A stretch of DNA of 64,000 nucleotides from a virus. Lineage: Duplodnaviria > Caudoviricetes. Positions within the stretch are counted from its first letter, which is position 1; each line of letters starts with the position of its first letter. Below, piece by piece: positions 28,624-39,682 of this stretch. A program made the translations under genes and the position numbers. The DNA lies in IMG/VR virus record IMGVR_UViG_3300008255_000118, positions 24,333-88,332 of that record, one strand, 5' to 3'. The notes beneath the pieces are model-generated. The model was not told the origin of the DNA, did no database searches, and saw nothing but the letters and a program-made list of their open reading frames with translations.

Positions 28624-30303
28624 TTATTCTATTATTGACCCACCCCAATTATTGTAAACTAAACTATTTGTAAAGTCCGTTTCATCACCACCTAGATAGG
28701 TTGCTCTGAAGAAGAATCCCGGAATAGACCCAACTATTGTATCTCCCACCTCTAGTTCATTCTCTAAGTAATTACCTACTTTCTTGTGTAACAAGAAGGT
28801 GTACCCGCCTATTACAAGAGATGATTTGAATAAACTACCACAAGGGAAACTATAAGTAACAGCAATTGACTCTGAATTATCTCTAGTACCTGTATTCACC
28901 AACATAGTCTTACTATAGTTTATTAGACTATGATGTGCTAACTCTATGGGACTACTCTTACCACTCTTATCAGTATACCAAGTATCAACTAACTGACTAC
29001 TTTGTAAGAAAGACTTGCTATACTGTGTATGAAGTATTTTGACAAAGTAATCTTTTATTTCTAAATTCCCTGTAAAAGTTACATTTACATCTAGTTTAGA
29101 GATTTCACTCGTCATCTTGATATTACTACCTACTAAAATACTAGGCTGAGAAATAGTATCTATAGTATTAGTTCCATAGATAACTAGTCTAACTAAATAC
29201 CACTGGTCAAATACTGGAGGTGTAACATCTAGTAAAGGTGGGCCTAAAACTACAGAAGGGTCTAGATATGTTAACCCATACTCTAGATCATTAGTATCAA
29301 ACATCTTTACATCAACTGTAAAAGACCCAGTGCCTTTTACAAGCATCATAACTTCATAGTCAATTCTGGCATCTACTTCAATCTTCTGTGCTATAATTGT
29401 AGAGACAGCTGTTACTGTTACTATGTTATCTAAGATACTACAACCTATGAAACTATCAGGTGTCTTTAGCAAACTTATTAACTCAACTTCAAACTGATCA
29501 TGTAAATATCTCTCAAATATAGAGTTTCTATCTAGAAAGATACCAGTAGTACCTGGGACAGAGTCAGAGAAGATAAAGATCTCTCCTGATACTGCTCTTC
29601 TACCAAATAGTCTCTCTAATTCATCATAAGCTGACCCTCTTTGACTAAAAATAGTTGAGGTAGATAGTACTAAACTCACTAAGGATGCTAGGTCTGAGTT
29701 TCTCTTATAAAATAGACCTCTAGAATCAAGAATCTTTCTTACTAAGTCTATTTGTTCTAGACTCTCAAATCTTCTAGAGAAAGCTACAACTATGCTTAAG
29801 AAGTTTACAATAGACCTCCAGAAGTCAACATAGTCTCTATCTGTTGTATCGCCATCTCTTTCAATATAGTCTGGGACTATCCCTTTTTCATAAACTTTCT
29901 GTAGAACATTTTGTTCCCAAAGTTTGGCAAACCCTCTATCACTACTATCTAAGATTGAAAACAATGAATCATCTAAGTTATCAACAACTACCTGTAAATC
30001 TGTAACTGGGACTACCCAATCTATTACAACTTGGCCTACCGAATCTGTCTTAGTATATCTAAACTCTATGTTAAAGTCTTGTCTATAATCAAGAACAAGA
30101 TTCTGTAATGCTAGATTTGTTAAAGTAGCCCAGTCAAACCACTTTAGAAGATCAGTTGTATATCTGAATTCTCTAGTTAGATTACTAGGAGAGTTCTCAC
30201 CAGTTAAAGATTCATCATAACTAAGAATACTCTTAACATTCTCTAGAGGGAATGTTAGAGGGATAATAGCTTGATCTCCTGTGTTTGTTAATATAGTACT
30301 CAT
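28624..30303 (-). CDS. Putative baseplate wedge/structural protein
   Basis: Follows baseplate J-like gene; 559 aa. Confidence 0.55.
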   Translation of the reverse strand: MSTILTNTGDQAIIPLTFPLENVKSILSYDESLTGENSPSNLTREFRYTTDLLKWFDWATLTNLALQNLVLDYRQDFNIEFRYTKTDSVGQVVIDWVVPVTDLQVVVDNLDDSLFSILDSSDRGFAKLWEQNVLQKVYEKGIVPDYIERDGDTTDRDYVDFWRSIVNFLSIVVAFSRRFESLEQIDLVRKILDSRGLFYKRNSDLASLVSLVLSTSTIFSQRGSAYDELERLFGRRAVSGEIFIFSDSVPGTTGIFLDRNSIFERYLHDQFEVELISLLKTPDSFIGCSILDNIVTVTAVSTIIAQKIEVDARIDYEVMMLVKGTGSFTVDVKMFDTNDLEYGLTYLDPSVVLGPPLLDVTPPVFDQWYLVRLVIYGTNTIDTISQPSILVGSNIKMTSEISKLDVNVTFTGNLEIKDYFVKILHTQYSKSFLQSSQLVDTWYTDKSGKSSPIELAHHSLINYSKTMLVNTGTRDNSESIAVTYSFPCGSLFKSSLVIGGYTFLLHKKVGNYLENELEVGDTIVGSIPGFFFRATYLGGDETDFTNSLVYNNWGGSIIE

Positions 30304-31466
30304 TATTCTACATATCTAATATTGTCAGTATATAGTACTGGTTCAAAGCTGCCTGTGTTTTCTGATAACAATATCCCATCTAAGTCATACATCTTGAAAG
30401 ATCTTACTCTAGGGTACTGGCCTAAATAGACTATAATATCAGCACTTGGAGTAAAGTATGATTCAGGCAAAGTTACAACATCTTTATGAGATGAAACAAC
30501 ATTCAAGAGATACTCCCATTGGACTACTCTATTATCCCAAAATCTTAAATCTAAGTATTTACTAACTCTATTCTGTAGATCAATTCTTAGTTGTGTTAAG
30601 TCAGCACTACTAGTGGACTCAAGTCTAAAACTAATATCTACTGGTAGATAACTACAGTTCTCTAACTGAACTAAAGATCTGCCTGTTGGGCTTATATTTG
30701 CTAAACTAAGATATGGGGTTATTTGTTGTGATAAAGTATCTAGCTCCCCTGTTGTTAGAAAACTACCATTCTGTAACATTATCCCTAGTATTAACCTACC
30801 ATCATTCGTTGTACCCTTTCTATATACTCTAAATATGTTAGAATTGAACTTCAACATTATTTGAACTAAATAAGATAAGGTGTCTCTTGACATTATGTTA
30901 GGGTAGTTAATAATTCTATGTCTAAACATTTCATCATCCTCAATGTCTCGGCCCCCCTGTGCTTTGAATTCATTAGTAACACTTATATGGCCTGTTGGTT
31001 CTGTCGACATTTTATTAATTAACAAACTACTAACATTTGCTCTAGTTCCCTGTTGTACTGATCTTGCTCTTACATATGCATAGCCCTCTAAACCTATTGT
31101 AAGATCATTTTCTAACTGAAATTCTATCCCCTGTCCCATAAAGAGATGTACTGATTGTGTATATATTGTGCCTACATCGGCAATAATTCTTAAGTATACA
31201 GAGGATTCGGAAGCCCCAAGCCTAGCTGGAACGCCAGACCTACTTGCAATAGTATCCAGATTTGTTCCATTAGCAAAATCAGGAAAGAGATGAGTCTCTA
31301 CCAAGGCAATATCTTTCAGTGCCTTTTGTACTACTTTACTTATACCATAACTTACTCCCCCTAAGACACTATCATCAGATATCTTAGAGACCTTGTCAGT
31401 ATTTGAAAGTAGTATTTGTACGAAAACTTTCTTGAGTTGTTCTATTGATGTTATCTTGGCTATCAT
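30303..31466 (-). CDS. Baseplate J-like protein
   Basis: A.G.NLD.IA...GV..RLGA, GGRD.EDDE.FR.RI. Confidence 0.85.
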   Translation of the reverse strand: MIAKITSIEQLKKVFVQILLSNTDKVSKISDDSVLGGVSYGISKVVQKALKDIALVETHLFPDFANGTNLDTIASRSGVPARLGASESSVYLRIIADVGTIYTQSVHLFMGQGIEFQLENDLTIGLEGYAYVRARSVQQGTRANVSSLLINKMSTEPTGHISVTNEFKAQGGRDIEDDEMFRHRIINYPNIMSRDTLSYLVQIMLKFNSNIFRVYRKGTTNDGRLILGIMLQNGSFLTTGELDTLSQQITPYLSLANISPTGRSLVQLENCSYLPVDISFRLESTSSADLTQLRIDLQNRVSKYLDLRFWDNRVVQWEYLLNVVSSHKDVVTLPESYFTPSADIIVYLGQYPRVRSFKMYDLDGILLSENTGSFEPVLYTDNIRYVE

Positions 31467-32386
31467 AGTATTATATTATCTAGTATTACTTCACTAATTC
31501 TTGTTTCTATCTCTAAATCTAGTATTAGACTATCTTCAGAGGTTCTCAGATCCACTATCTTTAGAGATTTTAATGTGTCATCTTTTTGAAAAGTAGAGTA
31601 TAGCTGTCTTAAGAGTATTTGATATGGCAATGAGTTTTTATTAGAACCAATTATAAGACTAGACTGTATCCCATCTTCCATAAACTCAGGATTATCACCT
31701 TGTCTAAGATTTACTAAAATATTCACTGACTGAGTAATAGTCTCTTTATATGTCAGTATTGAAAGATCATCACCAGAAAATTCTAGCTTCTTATTAAGAT
31801 CTCTCCCATATATCTTCTCACCTATAATATTACTATCAATCACAGAATCTAGTGATAAACTTAGTTTATTGAAGTACTGTACTATCAAATCTACTCCTCC
31901 CTCAGATGTATAATCTTCCTCTGGTAAATCATTTCTAAGTGCAATATAAGCCCAATCTGTCTCCTTATTAGAAGATCCCAACCTTTTAGATAGTGATTCA
32001 AGTGTCTCCCTTTGTTTTAGAAGCTCCTCATTCTCTATTCCATAAGAGTATCTCCCTTTACTTAGACTGGATCTTAACCACTTTGGCGTATTCTCTATAT
32101 ACTGTAAACTCAACTTAATGTCATCTACAAGTTCTACAATATCCCAGAATCTACTGTCTAAGGAATTGCTATAGTTTTGAATAATGCTTAATACTGTATT
32201 TGATTCACTAGTAAGTGACTCTAGCAATAGAAAGGAATCACGAATGCTTACTTTAGCATTCTTTTGAGAAGAATAAAACTCAATAATCTTCGGGTAGCTC
32301 GTTCTAATGAAAGTGTCTACCTGTCTAAAGTAGTTTTGAAGATCATATTGTGTCTTCTCTCTAAAGTCTTCTACTAAAGTTTTCAT
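31463..32386 (-). CDS. Baseplate wedge protein (C-terminal gp25-like segment)
   Basis: Position before baseplate J; NL....GDNPEF...GI and terminal beta strands. Confidence 0.55.
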   Translation of the reverse strand: MKTLVEDFREKTQYDLQNYFRQVDTFIRTSYPKIIEFYSSQKNAKVSIRDSFLLLESLTSESNTVLSIIQNYSNSLDSRFWDIVELVDDIKLSLQYIENTPKWLRSSLSKGRYSYGIENEELLKQRETLESLSKRLGSSNKETDWAYIALRNDLPEEDYTSEGGVDLIVQYFNKLSLSLDSVIDSNIIGEKIYGRDLNKKLEFSGDDLSILTYKETITQSVNILVNLRQGDNPEFMEDGIQSSLIIGSNKNSLPYQILLRQLYSTFQKDDTLKSLKIVDLRTSEDSLILDLEIETRISEVILDNIIL

Positions 32387-33096
32387 ATCAACTTACGTAC
32401 TTTATTTAATAGTATCCCAACGCCCTTCTGTATTGCACTATTAGCTATCATTCTGCTTACTCCATTTTGACTTCTTATCTCGTCTAAATTAGCTACTACT
32501 GTCAAGTTTAGAGTATATTTCCACATCATATTTGAGGAGGTTACATCCTGTATTAGTTTGAATGAATTAATTCTAACTAAGTAATTTTCTCCTAATATTG
32601 GAAAATATAGATAGACATTCATCGTCTCATTATAACTATCCAACTCAGATGATCTATCAACTATTGATTTCAATATCTTAGTAACCCCATACCCTGTCTT
32701 AAGCCTCAAGCTTAATAATCTTGATTTTGTTTGTAGGCCTTCCTTAGCTGATGAATACACTCCATCTCTGGTACTACCACTGTGCCCTACATTATTCAAT
32801 TCGGTTAATAGTCTTATCTTACGTCCAAATGAACCAGATAGTGTAATCTTTTTTGGCCTATTAGTATTTGAATCAGTAGTGCTTATCCCTCCAAGTGTCT
32901 TCTTTATGTTAACTAGAGTCTGATCATCATATGAAATACTATCTGGAGATACGGGGAATGTAAGGTACTCTATTGTCTTCCCTTTACTATCTGTAAGTTC
33001 AATAGTTACTGCGTAATACTCAAAATCATTAGGAAATAGTGTGTGAGCTGCTGCCCTACCTATCGTTGAAACCTGTTTTAATATATCTACATTCAT
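32383..33096 (-). CDS. Putative baseplate/tail tube initiator protein
   Basis: FPVSP..IS...T.GG...D...ITLSGSFG pattern; tail module position. Confidence 0.55.
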   Translation of the reverse strand: MNVDILKQVSTIGRAAAHTLFPNDFEYYAVTIELTDSKGKTIEYLTFPVSPDSISYDDQTLVNIKKTLGGISTTDSNTNRPKKITLSGSFGRKIRLLTELNNVGHSGSTRDGVYSSAKEGLQTKSRLLSLRLKTGYGVTKILKSIVDRSSELDSYNETMNVYLYFPILGENYLVRINSFKLIQDVTSSNMMWKYTLNLTVVANLDEIRSQNGVSRMIANSAIQKGVGILLNKVRKLI

Positions 33097-33100
33097 TTCA

Positions 33101-33460
33101 TTAGAATATGGACGATTTAAGTGAACTTAATAGAGTACTTGCATCATTCAATACAGCCTTAGCTGCCTTCTCTGCAGCCTGTATTAATGGGAATTGATAT
33201 TGTTGTTGTACAATAGCTGTGCCTATATCAAGTTTATTCTTTAGTGAAGTTGCTATCTTCTTATTTACCACATATGTTTTGTTCAAAGAGTCTTGTACTC
33301 TTTTCTTTACAACTAGAGTTTGTATTAATTTTGTTTTAGAACTATAGTTCCCTCTTATCTTAGAATCTACATCACCCCAAGATTGTGACAACTCTTTTAC
33401 ATCCATACTAGAATGTATAGTTACACCAAACTTATTAAAGTTATCTAATAGCCTACTCAT
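33101..33460 (-). CDS. Hypothetical tail-module protein
   Basis: 119-aa ORF. Confidence 0.5.
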   Translation of the reverse strand: MSRLLDNFNKFGVTIHSSMDVKELSQSWGDVDSKIRGNYSSKTKLIQTLVVKKRVQDSLNKTYVVNKKIATSLKNKLDIGTAIVQQQYQFPLIQAAEKAAKAVLNDASTLLSSLKSSIF

Positions 33461-33479
33461 TGGATAAATATAAGTATAT

Positions 33480-34325
33480 TTAACTAATTCTTACATTCTT
33501 TGATACACCTATTTCTGACAGATCTACTATTTCTGTAGAACTTGTAGACTTTGCATATAGTGCTGGTTTATCCCCCTCTAAGTAGATTTGCTTATCAGTC
33601 TCCACAACTATCCCTCTGTCGGTAATACTAACTGAAGAATTCTTACTCTCTAAAGAAATTACTTTATCAGAATTAATTATGACACCATTAGCAGAGATCT
33701 TGATACTCTGTCCTTCAAAATTTACTAATAGCTCATCCCCATCAAACTGGATAGACTTCTTGTCAGAAATAATTGCAGATAAATTCTCTGACTCAATCCG
33801 TAGACTGTCAGACTTTAAAACTGTAATCCCACTTCCACCTAATGAAAGTTCAGAACTGGTGACACCATCAGTTACTACTAACAGTATCTCCCCTGGCCTA
33901 TTCTTACTACCTCTTACAGCTATTTGATAACCATTAATCTCTAAGTTCTTAGTTATACTAACAGAGCCCTTATCTCCTACTGAGAATTCAGTTTTTCTTT
34001 TCTCAGATGATATACCAAACTTTTCAAAGCCTAAGAATACTCCAGTAACAACTAATTGTCCACTGCCTGGAACTCTCATCCAATGTACAAGACTACCTCT
34101 ACCCCCTGGTATGTGGGGAAACTCACACAGTGTATGTAGATGTACTGGTACCATTATCTGTTTCTTCACCTCATTATAGATGGTTATCAGAATACACTGG
34201 CCTACTCTATAGAAGTCTCTAAGATATTCTTCTCTCCCTCTATCAATAGGTATAGTTAGAAAACCAAATCCATTTGAAATTGATTCAGTGTTCCATTCAA
34301 GAGGTATATTTCTGTCTTCATTCAT
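33480..34325 (-). CDS. Baseplate spike (gp5/GpV-like)
   Basis: P..PG.RGSLV OB-like segment followed by repeated short beta strands. Confidence 0.6.
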   Translation of the reverse strand: MNEDRNIPLEWNTESISNGFGFLTIPIDRGREEYLRDFYRVGQCILITIYNEVKKQIMVPVHLHTLCEFPHIPGGRGSLVHWMRVPGSGQLVVTGVFLGFEKFGISSEKRKTEFSVGDKGSVSITKNLEINGYQIAVRGSKNRPGEILLVVTDGVTSSELSLGGSGITVLKSDSLRIESENLSAIISDKKSIQFDGDELLVNFEGQSIKISANGVIINSDKVISLESKNSSVSITDRGIVVETDKQIYLEGDKPALYAKSTSSTEIVDLSEIGVSKNVRIS

Positions 34326-37087
34326 TACTCTATAGATTGTCTTTTCTTTAAAAAGAAGTCAAAAACTTCTTTGTTGATTGATAAACCAGATTTATAGTCA
34401 AACTTTTGTTCGGCTGTCCCTCCAGATACAATCTTGTAATATGACTTCTTAAACTGTTTAATGTTTACTAAGTTGAAATATGATAATGATTCCCCACTTT
34501 CAGTTTCCTGGCTCCCATAAATAAATGACTTCACCATACCCCTTTCTACTGATAGGGTAGTAACTCTATTAATCTCTACACCAACTGAAAGCTGATGAGT
34601 AACTTCTTTTATATAAAAGACCTCATCTGTTGGTATGTAATGAAGGAAAGTCCCTGCCTTAAATCTTCTATCCCCTTGTATTGTGATAGAGCCTGTCCTA
34701 GTAAAGGGCAGATAAATATGAGTCTCTATCAACCAGCCTAACAATTCTGAAGCATGTTTAGCATATAAATCTAGTCTAGAGCCCTCTGACTTATCCGACC
34801 AAAAGTCAAGATTAGAGTAGTTAGATATTACACTAAATCTAGTATTGCCGAATACTTGTGCATAGTCATCAAAGTAGACTCCTGGGAATATACCTAGATA
34901 TACACTAGCTCCTGCATAATTCCCTTTGTCTGTTAGTTGGAACCAAGAATAAGACTCATCTGAGTAAGAGAGACTTTCATTAATTACCATATCTTCAGTC
35001 ACCTCTAGAGTCTTAGAGCCCTTTGATAAAACTACTGTACTTAGATTAACTGGGTGTAACTGAGAGTCATTAAAAGTTAAAATATCACTTCCCTCTCCAC
35101 TATGAACTTCTGGGCCATATGCCTGACTTTCCTCCTCATTAATAAAGTTACTTAAGAAAGATAAAATTGCATCTTGATCAAATGGTGGCCTTCTAAGTAT
35201 TATATAGAACTTATCTCCATAAGTATCTGTAAACATCTCTACAAAAGGCTCCTGTGCAACTTTCTTTATCAGATCATAGATTGTACCATTCGGGTTTGAG
35301 ATAGAGTCATCCACAACTCTTAAGTCTCTTACTGAATCATCTACGAATAGTTTCATAATCTGCCAAATCCCTTTTACTTCCTTTTGTTCTGAGACATGTA
35401 CATTCTTATATAACTCAGAAACAGCTGATTGTTCTACCTTCTTGTTGTTTAACTTTATTTCAGATCTGCTAACAACTGTAAGATTCTGAAAGTTTGAAAA
35501 GATGTCATTAGGAACAAAACCAATTGATGATATTTGATGAAAAATGAATTTGATAGAATCTACTATACTTCTACTTAAAACAGAGTCCAAATTATGATAT
35601 CTCCCATCAAGAAATCTTCTTGTACTGAATGGCGTCTCACCAAAGATAGATGCACTATGTCCAACAGAGTAAGGGTTGAAGTAGGAGTTATCACTCTCTA
35701 GTACTTTAACTAAACTTCTCCCGTTGATTGTTACTTGTATCTGGTTGTTAGCACTTGTATTAACTTGAACACTGTCAATCATACCAATCATATCATACCA
35801 GTTACTAGAGATCTCTTTCCTATTAGATTCTATTCCCAGCTCTTCAAAAGAAATAAATACTAAATCATTTTTACTAAGTATCTCTTTATAGTAAATACTA
35901 GAACGTTTTCTATACCCTCTATTACCATCTATATAATTTAAACTTGTCTTAGTAACCTGTTGCCCACTACTAAGATCTATGATGCCTTTCTTAACCCATC
36001 TGCCTTCTTCGAAATTAGCTTGTGTAGAATTTAAAGAAAGTGTAAAAGAACTACGCCCTTGTGTACTATTAGAGGTTGTCACTGACTGTACATCTTTAGT
36101 TAAATCTAAATACCCAGAACCACCATCTTGTAGATAAGAAGTTCTAGACCACACAAAGACTGTTAATACTGAACTTTGATTTCTTAAATAACCACTCTTA
36201 GTATTCTTGTACTTGATTACGTAACCTGGGTCAATAGACATTTGTCTCAGAATCTTAGGGAAAAATAGGGACGAGTCATTTTGAGAAACTAGAAAATTAC
36301 TCTCAAATCTTATCCCAATATCTATTTTCGAATTGGGAATAATCAGAGTTACTCCATTAGTAACTAAATAGTTTTTAGTCTTACTATATGTCTCCTTTAG
36401 TCTACTACTCTCATATAGTCTTCTATGATTAGTTTTATTTTGATAAGTAACTCCCAACAACTCTGATTCTGTAATCTGCCCTCTCTTTACAATAAAAGAG
36501 TCTTGATTTAACAATTCTTGAACTGAGTAAGTTCCACCACTGTGTACATACTCTACAAACTTGCTCTTATTGATTTGTTCTTCTTTAAGTGGCGTCTTAA
36601 TAGATGTCTCTCTTTTTATTGGAGTAGACTCACTCTTAAATAAGCTAACCTCAGCCCTTCTTCTTTTCTGCAAACTCTTACTATCAGTTAAAGAACCATA
36701 TGATAACCAGGCATTCATTGCTTCTGAAAAGTTCTCTTTATTAACGTATAGTCTAATTTTGGAAGATTCTACGGCACCATAACCAGCACTAAATGTAAGA
36801 CTACACAAGGCATCAAACTGATCTTGAGAAAGTGGTGTTTCTATATACTTTTGTACATATAACTCTGCTTCGTTTTTCAAATCTCTAAGAAACAAGATCT
36901 TTGCTCTATCTAAGGAAATCTTCTTCCCTTGGTATACACTAGCACCTGTATGTCTCCAGCCTATAACAAATCTTTTTTCTGTCTTATCCCAATATGATTC
37001 TAGTGATAGTTTCTCATAGCTTTTAATAAATTCTTGTCCTCTTGGACTACATCTAAGATTTGAGTTTGAGTTCATACTAGTGGGCAT
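34325..37087 (-). CDS. Baseplate hub protein with N-terminal GH24 lysozyme-like domain
   Basis: FIKSYE...YWD...IGW.HT, QFDAL.SLTF..G, L.KRR.AE..LF; rest hub-like (PF.EMF.D..GD...I.RRPPF). Confidence 0.75.
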   Translation of the reverse strand: MPTSMNSNSNLRCSPRGQEFIKSYEKLSLESYWDKTEKRFVIGWRHTGASVYQGKKISLDRAKILFLRDLKNEAELYVQKYIETPLSQDQFDALCSLTFSAGYGAVESSKIRLYVNKENFSEAMNAWLSYGSLTDSKSLQKRRRAEVSLFKSESTPIKRETSIKTPLKEEQINKSKFVEYVHSGGTYSVQELLNQDSFIVKRGQITESELLGVTYQNKTNHRRLYESSRLKETYSKTKNYLVTNGVTLIIPNSKIDIGIRFESNFLVSQNDSSLFFPKILRQMSIDPGYVIKYKNTKSGYLRNQSSVLTVFVWSRTSYLQDGGSGYLDLTKDVQSVTTSNSTQGRSSFTLSLNSTQANFEEGRWVKKGIIDLSSGQQVTKTSLNYIDGNRGYRKRSSIYYKEILSKNDLVFISFEELGIESNRKEISSNWYDMIGMIDSVQVNTSANNQIQVTINGRSLVKVLESDNSYFNPYSVGHSASIFGETPFSTRRFLDGRYHNLDSVLSRSIVDSIKFIFHQISSIGFVPNDIFSNFQNLTVVSRSEIKLNNKKVEQSAVSELYKNVHVSEQKEVKGIWQIMKLFVDDSVRDLRVVDDSISNPNGTIYDLIKKVAQEPFVEMFTDTYGDKFYIILRRPPFDQDAILSFLSNFINEEESQAYGPEVHSGEGSDILTFNDSQLHPVNLSTVVLSKGSKTLEVTEDMVINESLSYSDESYSWFQLTDKGNYAGASVYLGIFPGVYFDDYAQVFGNTRFSVISNYSNLDFWSDKSEGSRLDLYAKHASELLGWLIETHIYLPFTRTGSITIQGDRRFKAGTFLHYIPTDEVFYIKEVTHQLSVGVEINRVTTLSVERGMVKSFIYGSQETESGESLSYFNLVNIKQFKKSYYKIVSGGTAEQKFDYKSGLSINKEVFDFFLKKRQSIE

Positions 37088-38924
37088 TATTAGCCTTGGC
37101 TGGCTTTATTAATTGTCTAGCAAGATATAGTAAGTTAGCTCCTCCCATAATACCAGCCATGGCTGCAGGAGGAGGGACATCTCCTAGACCAATTAAATTG
37201 GCGGCAGCTGTCTTTGTATTAAAAACATCTATTAACTCTTGTATTGCAGTACCCATCTTAGAGGCAAGGTCTCCCATTGACTCAGCTTCAAAATCTAAGT
37301 CGGTTTTTACTGTGGATGAAGCTCTCTTAGCTCTTCCCCTCATACTCTTAGCAAACTCACCTTTATCAGTCCCTTCTTCCTCTAAATTAGAAAAGTCCAT
37401 CCCTCCCTTAAACATGTTTAGAATATCATTTTTCTTAAGTTGTCCACTAGTAAGCTGATCAAATAAAATCATTTGTGAATCTTCAGACCCACCATAACCT
37501 TTTACTCTCTTCATCACTGCTTCAAGATATCCCTTAGACCCTGTCCCCTTCTCCATCTCTGCTTGTAATTCAAAATAGCTCTTATCTGGGTTTAGTTTTC
37601 TTAGTATATCAAACTTCATTGCCTGTGACTCTGGGGTGCCCCCACTTCTTAAACCTGAGTTAAGAGATGTTACTGTAGAGGCTGAAATATCTTCTCTCTT
37701 ATACACGCCACCTAGACTTGTAAGTCTATTTAGTAAGTTTAAGTTAGCTTGACTACCTGCAGTAGAACTACCTGTTAACTGGCCTTCTTGTAATTGTACA
37801 AGTGTGCCAAGTAAACTTGACATTCTAGAAAAGTCTTTTCCATCTTTTCCAAAAGTACCACTCTTAGACATAACAGAGTAGATTTGTGCTGCCATATCTG
37901 TAGCATCTGTACCATTAGTTCTACCATACCTAGCTGCTCCCATTATAGTGCCTTCATCTACAGCACCACCCCTCATTAGTTCTATACCTCTAAGGGCCAA
38001 GGACTGTGCGCCAACTACAGTACCATTAGCTTTTATGATTTGTGGTAACCACTTAGAGGTAAACTCTTCTCTTGATATATTAAGATCTAGAGGACCATAG
38101 CTTCCTTTACTAGTTCTGCCAACACCAGCATCTTCAAGACCAGAAACAGAGCCCCCAGTTAATGCAGCATACTCGCTTAAAGATGTTTCTCTTCCTGCTC
38201 TTATAGTTCTGGGCATATCAACTAAACCCTTCACAGCTGCTATAACTAAGCCAGCAATTCCAAGTTTGCCTAAAACTCCCGCCCCTCCTTCTCTACCAGC
38301 TAAACCGCCAACTACACCTAAACTTGAACTAGCAGCTCCTAGGAAGCTTCTTTGTCCCACTATGCCCCCAGCCTGTTGTGCTGCACCTGTAAGTCTGTCT
38401 GCCAAAGATGATGATTCTGTAGGAGTACTTTCAGAAATCATTCTCCTAGTAAGTTCTCCAGCTTCTCCACCATGTTTCTGAGATACTCTTGTAATAAGAT
38501 CAGATTTACTTTGATTAGTAGAGTCAGCTTTTCTCAACTCCTGTTCTGAAGTTATTTTTACTGTTTCAATAAGCTCTTTAAGTAACTGTACTTGAAGTTG
38601 ATCTTCTTTAGCTTCTCGACTAATCTCTTTAACAGATCTGAAGTAGTCTTCTTTAGCTGACTTACCAACTCCAGCAGCCTCTCTTGTTTCAAATGTTTGT
38701 GTAGCTTGCTGTCTAAGACCTTCAGTGTATACTCGATTACGTCTCTCTATTAAACGTATCTGCTCCTCATAGTACTTAATAGCATCTTTAGAGTTTTTAG
38801 AGTTTTGTAGAGACTCTTCAAGTAAACCTCTGCCTAATTCAGCTGAGCTACTTCTGAGTCTATCCATTAGGCTACCAAGTCCTTCGTCTCTACCTGATAC
38901 TACTATTTCTCTTCTAGTGCTCAT
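37077..38924 (-). CDS. Tape measure-like protein
   Basis: Helical, Gly/Ala-rich, follows tube and chaperone genes. Confidence 0.7.
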   Translation of the reverse strand: MSTRREIVVSGRDEGLGSLMDRLRSSSAELGRGLLEESLQNSKNSKDAIKYYEEQIRLIERRNRVYTEGLRQQATQTFETREAAGVGKSAKEDYFRSVKEISREAKEDQLQVQLLKELIETVKITSEQELRKADSTNQSKSDLITRVSQKHGGEAGELTRRMISESTPTESSSLADRLTGAAQQAGGIVGQRSFLGAASSSLGVVGGLAGREGGAGVLGKLGIAGLVIAAVKGLVDMPRTIRAGRETSLSEYAALTGGSVSGLEDAGVGRTSKGSYGPLDLNISREEFTSKWLPQIIKANGTVVGAQSLALRGIELMRGGAVDEGTIMGAARYGRTNGTDATDMAAQIYSVMSKSGTFGKDGKDFSRMSSLLGTLVQLQEGQLTGSSTAGSQANLNLLNRLTSLGGVYKREDISASTVTSLNSGLRSGGTPESQAMKFDILRKLNPDKSYFELQAEMEKGTGSKGYLEAVMKRVKGYGGSEDSQMILFDQLTSGQLKKNDILNMFKGGMDFSNLEEEGTDKGEFAKSMRGRAKRASSTVKTDLDFEAESMGDLASKMGTAIQELIDVFNTKTAAANLIGLGDVPPPAAMAGIMGGANLLYLARQLIKPAKANNAH

Positions 38925-39280
38925 TCTTGTGCTAAATCTATGTCTGCCTCGCCATCTCCTATCTTAGTTATATCAATTCGATCAAACAGATTTTCCTCAA
39001 TCTCTTCACCATCTGAGTTAAACCAATCGCCAGGAGTATACTTGACTTTATTTTTACTTAATTCTACCTGCTCCCCTAGATTCTTAAATATTAGTTCTTC
39101 TTCATACTCAAAACCTATTGATAGCAGTGTTACTTGTCTGTGTTCTACTGAGCCCCATCTAATGTTATACTTACTTCTATACCATTTGTCAAGAGGGAAG
39201 TTGATATTCCACCATTCTACAAATCTACTTATATCAAAGCTATAGGTTCTTTGCTTACTCTTTATGTTAGGTATTAACAT
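38921..39280 (-). CDS. Tail assembly chaperone (downstream, T-like)
   Basis: Position between tube and tape measure. Confidence 0.55.
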   Translation of the reverse strand: MLIPNIKSKQRTYSFDISRFVEWWNINFPLDKWYRSKYNIRWGSVEHRQVTLLSIGFEYEEELIFKNLGEQVELSKNKVKYTPGDWFNSDGEEIEENLFDRIDITKIGDGEADIDLAQE

Positions 39281-39658
39281 CTACTCAGTCTTCCTGTCTA
39301 TCTTCTTTTCAGTTTTAGGGCTAAGAAAGCTTAGCTGTTCTTCAAACCAAGGGACAAACTTCAACTTGTATTCACCTCTTAATTCTTCAATTTCAACTAT
39401 TGACAATAGTCTCCAGCCTTCTACTTTAATATCAGACATTAAATCTGGGCATAGAACCATTAAGGCAGAAAACATATCTACATTGTCTAGATTCCAGTTA
39501 GAAATCACTGTCCCGTGGCTTACGATAGTGCCATATCTCCCTCCAGTAAGTTCTGCTTTCATTATCTCAATGTCCAACAATGAGCCAATGTTAATCTCCT
39601 TTAACTGATATTTGTTTGACTTAAAGTCTAGTACTGGCTTACTCTTTAAATTATTCAT
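39281..39658 (-). CDS. Tail assembly chaperone (upstream, G-like)
   Basis: Position after tube; its TAG is immediately followed by the in-frame ATG of the next gene. Confidence 0.6.
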   Translation of the reverse strand: MNNLKSKPVLDFKSNKYQLKEINIGSLLDIEIMKAELTGGRYGTIVSHGTVISNWNLDNVDMFSALMVLCPDLMSDIKVEGWRLLSIVEIEELRGEYKLKFVPWFEEQLSFLSPKTEKKIDRKTE

Positions 39659-39682
39659 CTCTTTACTATTTTTAAATTTTTA

